Source of the DNA: Podarcis cretensis
Lineage: Eukaryota
DNA length: 64,000 nucleotides
Assembly: GCA_951804945.1 (NCBI GenBank)
Contig: OX638157.1
Location: 55,180,001 to 55,244,000 of the forward strand
Reading direction: 5' to 3'
Shown: positions 63,446 through 64,000 of the stretch, piece after piece
How positions within the stretch are numbered: position 1 is the stretch's first letter
Layout: each line of letters starts with the position of its first letter
Notes under the pieces: model-generated
Databases searched by the model: none
Seen by the model: the letters and a program-made list of their open reading frames with translations, nothing else
What the model was told of the DNA's origin: nothing
Translations under genes and position numbers: made by a program

Positions 63446-63567
63446 ATGTTTACCTACATCAGATCAGTTGACTCCCCCCCCCCAAAAAAAATATTCCTCT
63501 TTCATCAAACTTTGCAAACACCGAACATGGAAAAGTTATGAACTGCTCCATTATGCTGGCATGCAGT

Positions 63568-63917
63568 AAAAAGGTAAAGGGACCCCTGACTGTTAGGTCC
63601 AGTCACGGATGACTCTGGGGTTGCGGCGCTCATCTTGCTTTACTGGCCGAGGGAGCCGGCGTACAGTTTCCAGGTCATGTGGCCAGCATGACTAAGCCAC
63701 TTCTGGCGAACTAGAGCAGCACATGGAAATGCCATTTACCTTCCTGCTGGAGTGGTACCTATTTATCTACTTGCACTTCGTGCTTTCGAACTGCTAGGTT
63801 GGCAGGAGCTGGGACGGAGCAACGGGAGCTCACCCCGTCGCAGGGATTCAAACCGCCAACCTTCTGATCGGCAAGCCCTAGGCTCTGTGGTTTAACCCAC
63901 AGCGCCCCCTGCGTCCC
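63568..63917 (-). mobile_element. Sauria SINE
   Basis: Head, core and tail on minus. Confidence 0.9.
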
Positions 63918-64000
63918 ATGCAGTACCCATATATTATTCCTATTTGTCAGAATCATGGAAAAGGGTTCAGTGTTTGAGCCTGACCTGCTAAAAACCTATC

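Overview
Vertebrate (squamate, most likely lacertid lizard) genomic DNA, judged from Sauria SINE, Squam3-like, BovB and Penelope repeats. The main gene is a complete 9-exon USP46 on the minus strand (CDS 39201 to 11098; 1101 nt, 366 aa + stop), with a CpG-island promoter, two tandem uORFs, a GC-AG intron 3 and a long 3'UTR. About 12 kb upstream, on the plus strand, is a TATA/5'TOP-type non-coding snoRNA host gene at the position of mammalian DANCR. It carries two SNORA26-like H/ACA snoRNAs, one a diverged GC-rich copy. Two Penelope-derived fold-back palindromes each carry a minimal hammerhead ribozyme motif on both strands, and one lies in the predicted USP46 3'UTR. The rest is dense in transposons: Sauria SINEs, L2, BovB, Tigger/Tc2/hAT MITEs, solo LTRs and nested insertions. 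All assignments come from reading the sequence and recalled family knowledge; no searches were run.
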